The notes under the pieces: generated by a model
What the model saw: the letters and a program-made list of their open reading frames with translations, nothing else
Database searches by the model: none
What the model was told of the DNA's origin: nothing
Program-made: the position numbers and the translations under genes
Assembly: GCA_964505555.1 (NCBI GenBank)
Contig: CAZDIO010000102.1
Span: forward strand, 13,355-77,354
DNA length: 64,000 nucleotides
Reading direction: 5' to 3'
Source of the DNA: an uncultured Bdellovibrionales bacterium
GTDB taxonomy: Bacteria > Bdellovibrionota_C > UBA2361 > SZUA-149 > CAZDIO01
Part shown: positions 38,236 through 46,482 of the stretch, in pieces
How positions within the stretch are numbered: the first letter of the stretch is position 1
Layout of the letters: each line of letters begins with the position of its first letter

Positions 38236-39136
38236 GAAAAAAAATGAAACAAAAAAATTTTAAATTAACTTCAAGTCGTTTGTTATTTTGGTACAACGTA
38301 CATCATAGTTCTTCAACAAGAAGTTTTTTTATAAGTACGTACGTTAGGAGAGAAATTATTCAATCTTTCTAGTAAGTTAAGCCAGAAAATTTCTTTCGAT
38401 TCCCGAATCTTTTGGGCTCAGATCACGATGGACTTGAAGTCAATTCACTTGAGCACTTATCTCATTTCATGAGATTTTTATTCTCCTGCCTAACTTTCTT
38501 ACTTCGACTCTCGACATTGTGAAACCAAAAGCGCGAGATTTTTATGTAAGGCTCTCTGGAGCCTCTAACATGAGTCAGATAGCCAAACATTCCGGAGAAA
38601 ACGGTAGGTGGTCACGGTCATTAAGTTAGTTCCTGTCCATAAAAGCCAATTTTGAGTCCAAGGTCGATTGAACGGCCACTACTTCTAAACTTACTCTGTG
38701 GTTTTATAAAATCTTCTTTCAGACCCTTAATGACCGTGGGTAAGAAACTCTATTTTAGTAAAGTCTCTTAGTTCATTACTCGAACCCTTATTTCAATACA
38801 CGCCTATTTGACCATTTTTGGTTATTCCATTTCACGAACAGCAGCCAAACAAAAACCACAAGATATTCTAACATATTGAAATTATTAATATAATCAGATA
38901 TTCGTGGTTTAATTGACCTCCAAAGATCGCATTATTCTGGGAATGTTCGAGCTTCGAAATAAGTACTGATCACGTTTATAAGCGAGCTTTTGAAAGATGA
39001 TTATTTCAAAGCACGCTACTTTTTGGCCACTAGGTAGGTTTCTTTACTGTTTGGAAGCTTTAGTTTAAACCAGTTATTGTTTAATTTAACCTCTGCCAAA
39101 ATCTCAACTCTTGAGTAACGAAGCTGTAAGGTGGCC
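38236..39136. other. Candidate replication-origin / partition-site region (non-coding)
   Basis: This is the longest ORF-free stretch in the window. It is visibly AT-rich (A/T runs at 38236-38275 and 38870-38905) and has short palindromes at 38459-38475 (atctcatttcatgagat) and 38549-38564 (aggctctctggagcct). The RepA-like gene and parA flank it. I could not define clean iterons, DnaA boxes or a full parS by eye. Confidence 0.35.
38613..38738. repeat. B-type element, decayed copy (B2)
   Basis: Outer inverted repeat cacggtcattaag / cttaatgaccgtg. The right half, ctctgtggttttataaaatcttctttcagacccttaatgaccgtg, parallels B1 and B3; the left core is eroded. Confidence 0.6.
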
Positions 39137-39913
39137 ATGGCAAAAGTCTTTGCAATAGTGAATCAAAAGGGGGGAGTTGGAAAAACTACCACCGCTGCAA
39201 ATTTGGCCGCCGCGCTATCTGAGCGAGGTCAAAAAGTGCTTGTTATTGATCTTGATGCTCAAGCAAATCTCTCTGCTCATTTTGGAAGTTCCGTAGATGA
39301 TCAGAGTGAGCAGCTTACAATGTATGATGTGCTCAGGCACAACGCCCCGATTGAAAAAGCAATAATAAACCTCTCTTCGAACTTAAGTATCGTTCCTGCA
39401 AGCCTCCTACTAAGTGCTGCAGATTTAGAGCTTGGTGGTGTTATCGGTCGTGAGTTACTTCTTAAAAAAGCTCTTCAACCGGTAATTGATGACTATGATT
39501 ACACGATCATTGATTGCCCACCCTCACTGGGGATGCTCTCCCTCAATGGGCTTGTTGCTGCTTCACGAGTTATCGTTCCTGTTCAAAGTGAGTTTTTAGC
39601 CCTTCACGGCGTAAGGCAGCTTCTTGATACGATTGACCAGGTACGAAGTGCCTACAACCCCTTACTTGCTGTGGGTGGAGTTCTTCTCTGTCTTCATGAT
39701 TCAAGAAGGAGACTGGCGCGGAGTGTTGCCGATACGGTGCGCGAATATTTTGGAGATCTTGTTTTTGAAACTGTCATTCGCACAAACGTTGCCCTTGCTG
39801 AAGCACCTGCCCAGGGGGACTCAATTTTTCAATACGACCGCCGCTCAAGCGGTGCTGAAGATTATGCTAGCCTTGCAGAGGAGATACTAAGCCGTGGCAA
39901 AAAAGAAGGTTAA
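39137..39913 (+). CDS. parA: ParA/Soj-type partition ATPase
   Basis: Deviant Walker A NQKGGVGKTTTA; size and colinearity are those of chromosomal Soj. I prefer ATG 39137 (MAKVFAIVNQKGG) to the track's GTG 39131. Confidence 0.9.
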   Translation: MAKVFAIVNQKGGVGKTTTAANLAAALSERGQKVLVIDLDAQANLSAHFGSSVDDQSEQLTMYDVLRHNAPIEKAIINLSSNLSIVPASLLLSAADLELGGVIGRELLLKKALQPVIDDYDYTIIDCPPSLGMLSLNGLVAASRVIVPVQSEFLALHGVRQLLDTIDQVRSAYNPLLAVGGVLLCLHDSRRRLARSVADTVREYFGDLVFETVIRTNVALAEAPAQGDSIFQYDRRSSGAEDYASLAEEILSRGKKEG

Positions 39914-40814
39914 ATTCAGTGTAAACCCACTTCTTGGGGGACCAAGTCTTGCATCACGAGCAAAGATGGGGAGCCCTTATCGGGAGCTTTTAATCGACGA
40001 GATCGATTTTGATCCTGATCAACCGCGACGAGTATTTAATGAAGAGCGACTTCAAGAGCTCGCTGATTCAATTAAAGAACACGGAATCATCTCACCAATA
40101 CTTGTTAAAGTAACAGAAGGGGGAACCTATAAGCTTGTATCTGGAGAGAGAAGACTTCGTGCCTCAAAAATTGCTGGATTAGAATCGATCCCCGCAGTTA
40201 TTGAAGACGATGATAAAAGTAGTGATGTAACCCTTCCTAAGCAGCTTGTAGAAAATCTCCAACGAGAAGATCTCACCGTAATGGAGAGGGCGATCGCTAT
40301 TGGCCAACTACGAGATGCTTACAAATTGAGCATTCGTGAGATCTCCTCAAAGCTTTCCATTTCAAAAGGACTCGTTCAGAGAAGCCTTGAAGTTCTCGAT
40401 CTCCCAGACGATCTTCAAGCAGCGTTAATAAACGGTGCCTCAGAGACGAAGATTCTCGTTTTAGCGAAAGTTTCGAATCGTGAATTGAGAAAAGAATTTA
40501 TCGCTCAACTTGATAATTTCACCCGAGCACAACTTGAAGAAGAGGTAGATCGGGTTACGACACTCTTAAATGGCGACAAAGAAGAGGTGTACCACGGTGG
40601 TACACCTCGTAGTCGAAAAAATGGAAGAAATAAACTTTCCCCTCAAGATGAGCAGTTAATTAATGATTTAAAAAACAAACTAGGAACAAGAGTTTCTTTA
40701 ATGCGCAGTCGTGGCAAAGAGGGGCAGGGGAAGCTGATGATCGAGTTCTATTCAGATAACGATCTAAGCGAGATCTTTCGACGACTTTGTCGAACCGCTA
40801 GCGATTCTCTTTAA
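39894..40814 (+). CDS. parB: ParB/Spo0J-type partition protein
   Basis: ParB-box blocks GIISPILV and VSGERRLRASKIAG, plus an HTH region. It overlaps parA by 20 nt. Confidence 0.9.
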   Translation: MAKKKVKFSVNPLLGGPSLASRAKMGSPYRELLIDEIDFDPDQPRRVFNEERLQELADSIKEHGIISPILVKVTEGGTYKLVSGERRLRASKIAGLESIPAVIEDDDKSSDVTLPKQLVENLQREDLTVMERAIAIGQLRDAYKLSIREISSKLSISKGLVQRSLEVLDLPDDLQAALINGASETKILVLAKVSNRELRKEFIAQLDNFTRAQLEEEVDRVTTLLNGDKEEVYHGGTPRSRKNGRNKLSPQDEQLINDLKNKLGTRVSLMRSRGKEGQGKLMIEFYSDNDLSEIFRRLCRTASDSL

Positions 40815-40888
40815 GCGATTACATTTGTGCGCCAACTGTACCACGGCGGTACACTAATAACAGCACAACAACACAGGAAATTATCCAG

Positions 40889-41716
40889 TTGTCCGTAAAT
40901 TTCTCTAATAATTACAGTCAGTTACAAGAGATTATTGAATCTGCTGTTGTCAGTTCTCTTGAAAACAGTGGTCCACTCTCTGAAGTAATGAGCTATGCCG
41001 TGCTCTCTCCGGGAAAGCGAGTTCGACCAGTCTTAACCCTTGCTGTTTCAGAACTTATAGAGGTGGATAAGAAAAGGTTGATTCCTTTTAGTCTCGCAGT
41101 TGAGTTTATTCACTCAGCGTCACTGATCCATGATGATCTTCCCGCGCTTGATAATGATACTTTAAGACGGGGAAAGCCAACCGCGCATGTTCGATACGGA
41201 GAAGCGTTAGCACTTCTTGGAGGGGATGCGCTTTTTGGAAAAGCATTTCAAATCGTCTCCTCCTCTGGAGAGGATCCAGAGATGATTACCAAACTAAATT
41301 CCCTTCTTAGCCAGACCCTTTTTGATCTGTGTGAGGGACAGGCGATGGAGTTTGCGTATGACAAAGAGGAGATGCTGAATGAAGAGGACATTCGAAATAT
41401 TCATCTGAAAAAAACAGCCTCATTGCTCTCTGCAAGCGCTGCTGCTCCAGGGCTGTTTTTTGACAAAAACCCAAGTCTTTACGGCATCTTAGCCGAGTTT
41501 GGCAGTTGTCTCGGGCTTCTCTTTCAGATTACAGATGATATCCTTGATCAAGATGAAGAAAAGAAGACAACCTACATCCATGCGATCGGACTTGAGGGAA
41601 GTAAGGACCGGGCAAGAGAGGAGCACAGTAAGCTCCTTCAAATATTAAAACCCTTCGGTGAAAGGGCTTGGTTTCTTAGAGAGCTTTGTGACTATGTTCT
41701 CAATCGACAACAGTAA
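40889..41716 (+). CDS. Polyprenyl diphosphate synthase (FPP/GGPP synthase, IspA-like)
   Basis: First Asp-rich motif LIHDDLPALDNDTLRRG and second Asp-rich motif FQITDDILD. TTG start, uncertain. Confidence 0.85.
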   Translation: MSVNFSNNYSQLQEIIESAVVSSLENSGPLSEVMSYAVLSPGKRVRPVLTLAVSELIEVDKKRLIPFSLAVEFIHSASLIHDDLPALDNDTLRRGKPTAHVRYGEALALLGGDALFGKAFQIVSSSGEDPEMITKLNSLLSQTLFDLCEGQAMEFAYDKEEMLNEEDIRNIHLKKTASLLSASAAAPGLFFDKNPSLYGILAEFGSCLGLLFQITDDILDQDEEKKTTYIHAIGLEGSKDRAREEHSKLLQILKPFGERAWFLRELCDYVLNRQQ

Positions 41717-41734
41717 CGAAATAAGTCTGACAAA

Positions 41735-42571
41735 ATGAATCCTCCCTTTAGAAGATATCGATTTCTAAACACCCGCCCCAAACACCAGGCAGCATCTCTT
41801 TCAGAAATAGTTGTTAAAAACGGTGGAGAAGTAGTGGAGCTTCCCACACTTGAGATCTGTGCAGTTGAAGCTTCTCTCCAGAGAGATTTTGCAGAGGCGT
41901 TGCGCTCACTTCGAACAGGAGATTGGGTGTTTTTTACAAGTGCAAACGGAGTGAGAGAGGTTTGTAATTACCTGGAGAAGGAAAATCAGGAGGCACTAAA
42001 GGTGCTTTCTCAAGTAGGGATAGCCGTAGTGGGGGAGGTAACGAAAGAGGCTCTCTTTGAATTTGGAATTAAGGCCAGTTTCTGTGGGAAAACCGCTACT
42101 TCAAAATCACTTGGAGAGGAGTTTTTAGCGCAGCTTGGACAGAAGAGAAGGGGACAAAAAGCCCTTCTTTTTCAAGCAAAAAACGCCTCAGCAGAGCTTT
42201 CTGCGCTTTTGGAGGAGGGAGGATTTGAGGTGATAAACAGCGTGGTTTATTACTCAATCTGTCCTGAGGTTAGTAATGACCTGAGGGAGCAAGTGTATCG
42301 TTTAGTAAGAGAGAAGGCGCTTGATGGGATATTTTCTACAAGTAGTGAAGCGCTTCGAAATCTTAGTACTTTTTTTGAAGGTCATCTCCTTGAAGTGATA
42401 AGGAACACCCCTCTCTTTGTTATCGGCTCACAAACCGAAGCGACAGCGATGAAGCTTGGATTTAAGGAGATCTATCAGTCCCCTCATCCAAAGGTGAACT
42501 CTCTTGTAGAGACAGCTTTTCATTACTTTTCTACACAAAATCAATTACTGGAAGGAGGAGGACGAGTATGA
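41735..42571 (+). CDS. hemD: Uroporphyrinogen-III synthase
   Basis: HemD-like two-lobe pattern (LNTRPKHQA..., VFFTSANGV, IFSTSSEAL). ATGA-type overlap with hemB. Confidence 0.75.
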   Translation: MNPPFRRYRFLNTRPKHQAASLSEIVVKNGGEVVELPTLEICAVEASLQRDFAEALRSLRTGDWVFFTSANGVREVCNYLEKENQEALKVLSQVGIAVVGEVTKEALFEFGIKASFCGKTATSKSLGEEFLAQLGQKRRGQKALLFQAKNASAELSALLEEGGFEVINSVVYYSICPEVSNDLREQVYRLVREKALDGIFSTSSEALRNLSTFFEGHLLEVIRNTPLFVIGSQTEATAMKLGFKEIYQSPHPKVNSLVETAFHYFSTQNQLLEGGGRV

Positions 42572-43539
42572 GTTTTCCTAACACTCGGATGCGAAGACTA
42601 CGACAGAATATCGCTCTTCGTGCCCTTACGGAAGAAACGAAACTTTCAAGTAAGGATTTTATCGCTCCCCTTTTTATTGTTCCAGGAAGGGGAGTAAAAA
42701 AAGAGATCTCCTCGCTTGAGGGGCAGTTTCATCTAAGTGCTGATGCGGCTGTTGAAGAGGTGTATACGCTTAGGAAACTCGGGGTTAAATCGGTATTACT
42801 CTTTGGACTTCCTGAAAAAAAAGATGAGCGAGGGGAGGTAAGTTGTCTTCCCGATGGAGTAGTACAGCAAGCAATTAGTGCGATAAAGAAGGAAGTTCGT
42901 GAGGTGGCCATTATCGCTGACCTCTGTTTTTGTGAATACACAACCCATGGTCATTGCGGAATTATTGTTGATGGGGATGTGGATAATGATCTGACCTTGG
43001 AGATGACCGGAAAGCAGGCGATCTCCCTTGCTCGCGCTGGAGCGGACATTATCGCTCCATCGGGGATGATGGATGGGATGGTGCAAACGATCCGTTTAGC
43101 ACTGGATAAAGAACAATTTATAAACACGGCCATTATGAGCTACTCCGCTAAGTACTGCTCCTCTTTTTATGGGCCATTTCGAGAAGCGGTAGCCTCTTCC
43201 CCCTCTTTTGGGGACAGAAAAACGTATCAGATGAATCCTGCAAATAGCGAGGAAGCACTACGAGAAGTAGCTCTCGATCTGGAAGAGGGTGCTGATATTG
43301 TAATGGTAAAGCCAGCCCTCTCGTATCTGGATATTATTTCCCGAGTAAAAGAGAGATTTCATGTACCACTTGCTGCATACAACGTCAGTGGTGAGTATGC
43401 GATGGTGAAAGCCGCCGCAGAGAAAGGTCTTATTGATGGCGAAAAGGTAATGATCGAAACCCTCCTCTCTATAAAACGCGCCGGTGCAGATACGATCATC
43501 ACCTACTTTGCAAAGGAAGCAGCAACTTTTTTATCTTAG
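42568..43539 (+). CDS. hemB: Porphobilinogen synthase (delta-aminolevulinate dehydratase)
   Basis: Cys-rich Zn site DLCFCEYTTHGHCG and the Schiff-base lysine region IVMVKPALSYLD. Confidence 0.92.
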   Translation: MSFPNTRMRRLRQNIALRALTEETKLSSKDFIAPLFIVPGRGVKKEISSLEGQFHLSADAAVEEVYTLRKLGVKSVLLFGLPEKKDERGEVSCLPDGVVQQAISAIKKEVREVAIIADLCFCEYTTHGHCGIIVDGDVDNDLTLEMTGKQAISLARAGADIIAPSGMMDGMVQTIRLALDKEQFINTAIMSYSAKYCSSFYGPFREAVASSPSFGDRKTYQMNPANSEEALREVALDLEEGADIVMVKPALSYLDIISRVKERFHVPLAAYNVSGEYAMVKAAAEKGLIDGEKVMIETLLSIKRAGADTIITYFAKEAATFLS

Positions 43540-43541
43540 AG

Positions 43542-43716
43542 GCTGTATCAAAACCTCAAGAAACCTTAGACTTAGGGTCTTTAAGCCTTCGACTTAAACT
43601 ACACTTAGCCTTGCTCCTGCACTTGCTAAGTGTAGTTTAAGGAGAGGTCGAAGTGAAAGTCTAAGATAGTGTATAAAAACTTTCAGAGCCTTTGATTTAG
43701 AAGGTTTTGATACAGC
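43542..43716. repeat. D-type long nested palindrome (~175 bp)
   Basis: Outer 15-bp perfect arms gctgtatcaaaacct / aggttttgatacagc. Inner arms are cttagactt/aagtctaag, ccttcgac/gtcgaag and ttaaactacacttagc/gctaagtgtagtttaa. It begins 3 nt after the hemB stop. This is the only copy seen. Confidence 0.8.
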
Positions 43717-43781
43717 GTCCAAGTAAACACCTGTTTCTCTCTAGGGCGGGTTGGCTAAAGTACGTCGGGCTGTTTTTTTAA

Positions 43782-43869
43782 TGAACACAGAGTTTCACAG
43801 AGATCCACAGAGTAAAGAAAAAAGCTTTTAGATTTAACTCTGTGTAACCCTGTGAAACTCTGTGTTCAA
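43782..43869. repeat. A-type palindromic element, copy A2 (left arm diverged)
   Basis: tgaacacagagtttcacagagatccacagagt ... actctgtgtaaccctgtgaaactctgtgttcaa. Confidence 0.85.
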
Positions 43870-43929
43870 ACCTACTAAATGAAACGACGCTAGTTGAAAC
43901 CACCTCTATTTGACCCATATAAACCCTAG

Positions 43930-43956
43930 GGAACTTAAGCTTTAAATCATCGATAA
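43930..43956 (+). promoter_or_regulatory. Weak sigma-28-like promoter candidate upstream of the glycine-zipper gene
   Basis: GGAA-N15-ATCGATAA against the consensus TAAA-N15-GCCGATAA. A competing sigma-70-like TTGAAA-N17-ATATAA lies at 43894-43922. Both are weak. Confidence 0.2.
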
Positions 43957-44020
43957 AGATTATGAGGGCAATTCGTCTCTCATCACTATTACGAAATAGA
44001 CTTCAAATAGGGAGGCCATC

Positions 44021-45376
44021 ATGATCGTTACTGATTCACCATTTCGCACGCAATATAGCGCCAATAACGTTGCAATTCGAAACGGAGCAACAAGTACTAC
44101 GCCGGCGCAATTTAGTAATCTTTCTTTTCTTCGATCGACACCACCTTCTTTACCTTCAAGCAATCTCCTTGCCCCATCAAGTAGCGGAGGATTTGTTTCT
44201 CAAGTGCAGTCGATGCTGCAGCAAGTTTCGGTGCTGATGGATCTCATCGGTGCCGCAAGACAATCAGATCAAAGTGCTGGGGTTAGTCTCCTCGATGGGG
44301 CGAAACTCTTTTCTCAAAATGTTTCTCAGGAGCTTTTTAACCTTCAGACAAGAGGAGGTATCGGAGGGGTTTTTGATGCTGTTCCGACCTCTATAGATAG
44401 TCTTGGTACTGCCGCTCAACAGTACGTTCTTGGGAACCTCAAGCGAGAGTTTTTTGACGCAGTTGGTGAGGCGTTTGGGGTGGATGTTTCACAGCTTTCT
44501 GTAACAGATCTTGCCAATTTGGCTTATGAAAGCGTTTTTGGAGAGGGAACATCGCTCTCTAGTACCCTCTCAGATGGGGTGGCAGGAATCTTCTCCGGTC
44601 AGGATCCCTTTGTAGCAGGAGAACTTAGTGGAGAAATTGGTGGAGAAATAAGCACTGAAGTAGGCGGGGCAACTTCAGGAATTGGCCAATTTACAGGCGC
44701 TTTAGCAACCGCGTATTCTCTCTATGGAATAATTAATGACTGGGGAAAGAGCACCCCAGCCATGGGTGCGATGCGAGGTGCTACGGCTGGAGCGTACATC
44801 GGGAGTATTATTCCAGGAGTTGGAACTCTTATCGGAGGTGCCATCGGTGGGGTTGCGGGGGCGATCTCTGGATTGTTTCATAGTGGGAAGCATAAAAACC
44901 AGATTCAACGCGATCAGGTTCGAGAGTTTTTAAGAAATGCCCAAATTATCGATTCAGATAACTCCCTTCAGTTAGCAAATGGTGAACGTTTTGATATCGG
45001 AAAAGATGGAGGTGCTCGCTATCTTGGACTTGACGGAGTTGAGAGACGACCCTACGTGACTGACCCTTCAAATCCACTTACCGCTGAGGCGATAGGGCTT
45101 GTAAATCCGTTAGCAATAATTCTCACCGGAGGTGATCCTGGACTTTCTTCAGCTTTTGCAGGGTATTTTAGTAATGCCATCGTCAGTAACGCACAAGATC
45201 TCGAAGGCGTCCGCCAAAATGCCTTGGCGATATTCTCAAAATTTCAGGTTACCCCAGAGCAATTGATCGCTGGCTTAGAAAATCTTACTGCCTCCGGCAA
45301 AATCCCCCCAGAAGATTTTGCTGCATACGCAAACGGGGTAAGAACTCTCCTTGAAGGGTTTTCTTCACCTTCATAA
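44021..45376 (+). CDS. Glycine-zipper-containing protein of unknown function; candidate secreted pore-former/effector
   Basis: 451 aa. The N-terminus is Ser/Thr/Pro-rich with no hydrophobic signal (SPFRTQYSANNVAIRNGATSTTPAQFSNLSFLRSTPPSLPSS). The central segment GAMRGATAGAYIGSIIPGVGTLIGGAIGGVAGAISGLF is a GxxxG ladder. SD gggagg. Confidence 0.6.
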   Translation: MIVTDSPFRTQYSANNVAIRNGATSTTPAQFSNLSFLRSTPPSLPSSNLLAPSSSGGFVSQVQSMLQQVSVLMDLIGAARQSDQSAGVSLLDGAKLFSQNVSQELFNLQTRGGIGGVFDAVPTSIDSLGTAAQQYVLGNLKREFFDAVGEAFGVDVSQLSVTDLANLAYESVFGEGTSLSSTLSDGVAGIFSGQDPFVAGELSGEIGGEISTEVGGATSGIGQFTGALATAYSLYGIINDWGKSTPAMGAMRGATAGAYIGSIIPGVGTLIGGAIGGVAGAISGLFHSGKHKNQIQRDQVREFLRNAQIIDSDNSLQLANGERFDIGKDGGARYLGLDGVERRPYVTDPSNPLTAEAIGLVNPLAIILTGGDPGLSSAFAGYFSNAIVSNAQDLEGVRQNALAIFSKFQVTPEQLIAGLENLTASGKIPPEDFAAYANGVRTLLEGFSSPS

Positions 45377-45390
45377 GAAGCGTTAGATTA

Positions 45391-45479
45391 TTGAACACAG
45401 AGTTTCACAGGGTTACACAGAGTTTGAACTATCTTACTTATCCCACACTCTGTGTAACCCTGTGAAACTCTGTGTTCAA
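45391..45479. repeat. A-type palindromic element, copy A3 (loop inverted relative to A4)
   Basis: Perfect 33-bp arms with loop ttgaactatcttacttatcccac. It starts 15 nt after the upstream stop. Confidence 0.9.
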
Positions 45480-45546
45480 CCTTCCTTTTTTGCTCAAAAA
45501 GTTTAAAAACATCTTTACTGCTATATCGAATAGTGATATTAATCTA

Positions 45547-45708
45547 GTGGTGATTCGATCGTACAAAAACATTGGCACACGTGATATTGCTGAGAATTCG
45601 AAAGCAGCGCGGCGACTGTTGCCGCAACCATTTAATGCTCAGTATCGCATTTGCTTTCTTTGGAATGGCATTGATGCTGACGCAGTTGAAATAGTGGATT
45701 ATCACTGA
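45547..45708 (+). pseudogene. higB: HigB-like (RelE/ParE superfamily) toxin remnant with an apparent internal deletion
   Basis: The ends match HigB (VIRSYKNIGTRDIAENSKAA... and ...YRICFLWNGIDADAVEIVDYH), but only ~53 codons remain against roughly 90 in the family members I recall, so the central part is missing. The track's GTG start at 45472 lies inside repeat A3 and is unlikely to be real. Confidence 0.45.
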
Positions 45709-45732
45709 GAGATTACAAAAAAGGGCTTCAGC

Positions 45733-46026
45733 ATGTTGAAACCTAGGCGTGTTATAGCAGTGCATCCTGGAGAGATGCTTGAAGAGGTTCTTAAACAGAA
45801 CAAGATTAGCCAATCTTCCCTTGCCGCTCATCTCGGAGTTACTCAAGCAAAGATCAACGAAATCTGTCGTGGTAAGCGAGGAGTGACGCCAGATATGGCG
45901 ATGAAGTTCGGTAAAGCTTTTGGACAGAGCCCAATGTTTTGGATAAATATCCAAAAAAATTGGGAGATGAGCCAGCTCGATGAATCTGATTACAAAGACA
46001 TACAACGGATAAAATGTCGTGCGTAG
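45733..46026 (+). CDS. higA: HigA-family HTH antitoxin
   Basis: Colinear with HigA/VapI: HPGEMLEEVLKQNKISQSSLAAHLGVTQAKINEICRGKRGVTPDMAMKFGKAFGQSPMFWINIQ. Confidence 0.85.
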   Translation: MLKPRRVIAVHPGEMLEEVLKQNKISQSSLAAHLGVTQAKINEICRGKRGVTPDMAMKFGKAFGQSPMFWINIQKNWEMSQLDESDYKDIQRIKCRA

Positions 46027-46142
46027 AAAGCAAGTAAAAGGATTTTACTGGACTTCTGCTGATGCACGGCGACTGCATTTGCTCTCTATTTGAATCCCGA
46101 CTGAGGATCTGGAGAGTTTTATTAAATTACAGCTTATGATTA

Positions 46143-46232
46143 TTGAACACAGAGTTTCACAGGGTTACACAGAGTGTGGGAATAATTAAGATAATTTAAA
46201 CTCTGTGTAACCCTGTGAAACTCTGTGTTCAA
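46143..46232. repeat. A-type palindromic element, copy A4
   Basis: Perfect 33-bp arms with loop gtgggaataattaagataatttaa, roughly the reverse complement of the A3 loop. It shares the flanks gatta... and ...ccttccYtttttgc with A3. Confidence 0.9.
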
Positions 46233-46306
46233 CCTTCCCTTTTTGCCTGTGGGCATGTGGAGTTACCGATTGCTCTAAGAAAAATCATTGATGAAGGCCA
46301 ATTAAG

Positions 46307-46325
46307 CTGAGGCAAATTGCCTCAG
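46307..46325. promoter_or_regulatory. 19-bp perfect palindrome upstream of the sigma/T3SS operon (candidate operator)
   Basis: ctgaggcaa-a-ttgcctcag, about 160 nt upstream of the sigma factor GTG. A 1-nt centre makes an RNA hairpin unlikely, so a dimeric DNA-binding site is the simpler reading. Confidence 0.3.
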
Positions 46326-46482
46326 TAGATTCAAAATGCATCAGCGATCATTATTCTAACCCTCTGAAACTGTTCAGATCTTCTTTCACACCAAAGTTGG
46401 CATGACCTTGCAATAGAAACGGTAGGTTCTTGCTACAGGTTCTTTTTGTTTTTTAGTCAGAAAACTTAGCAAGGAGGACTTT

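Noticed and set aside
38236-39136. DnaA boxes or a canonical parS in the RepA-parA intergenic region
   Set aside because: I found no TTATCCACA-like 9-mers, and only half-site matches to parS. The origin call therefore rests on context and AT-richness only and is kept at low confidence.
45544-46005. 153-aa minus-strand ORF
   Set aside because: It is antisense to the recognisable higB remnant and higA, and it is Cys/His/Phe-rich nonsense-like sequence.
46398-46412. Sigma-54-like TGGCATGACCTTGCA upstream of the sigma/T3SS operon
   Set aside because: The GG to GC spacing is 9 nt instead of the required 10 (N4 rather than N5 between the boxes). Sigma-54 promoters do not tolerate this, so I do not call it.
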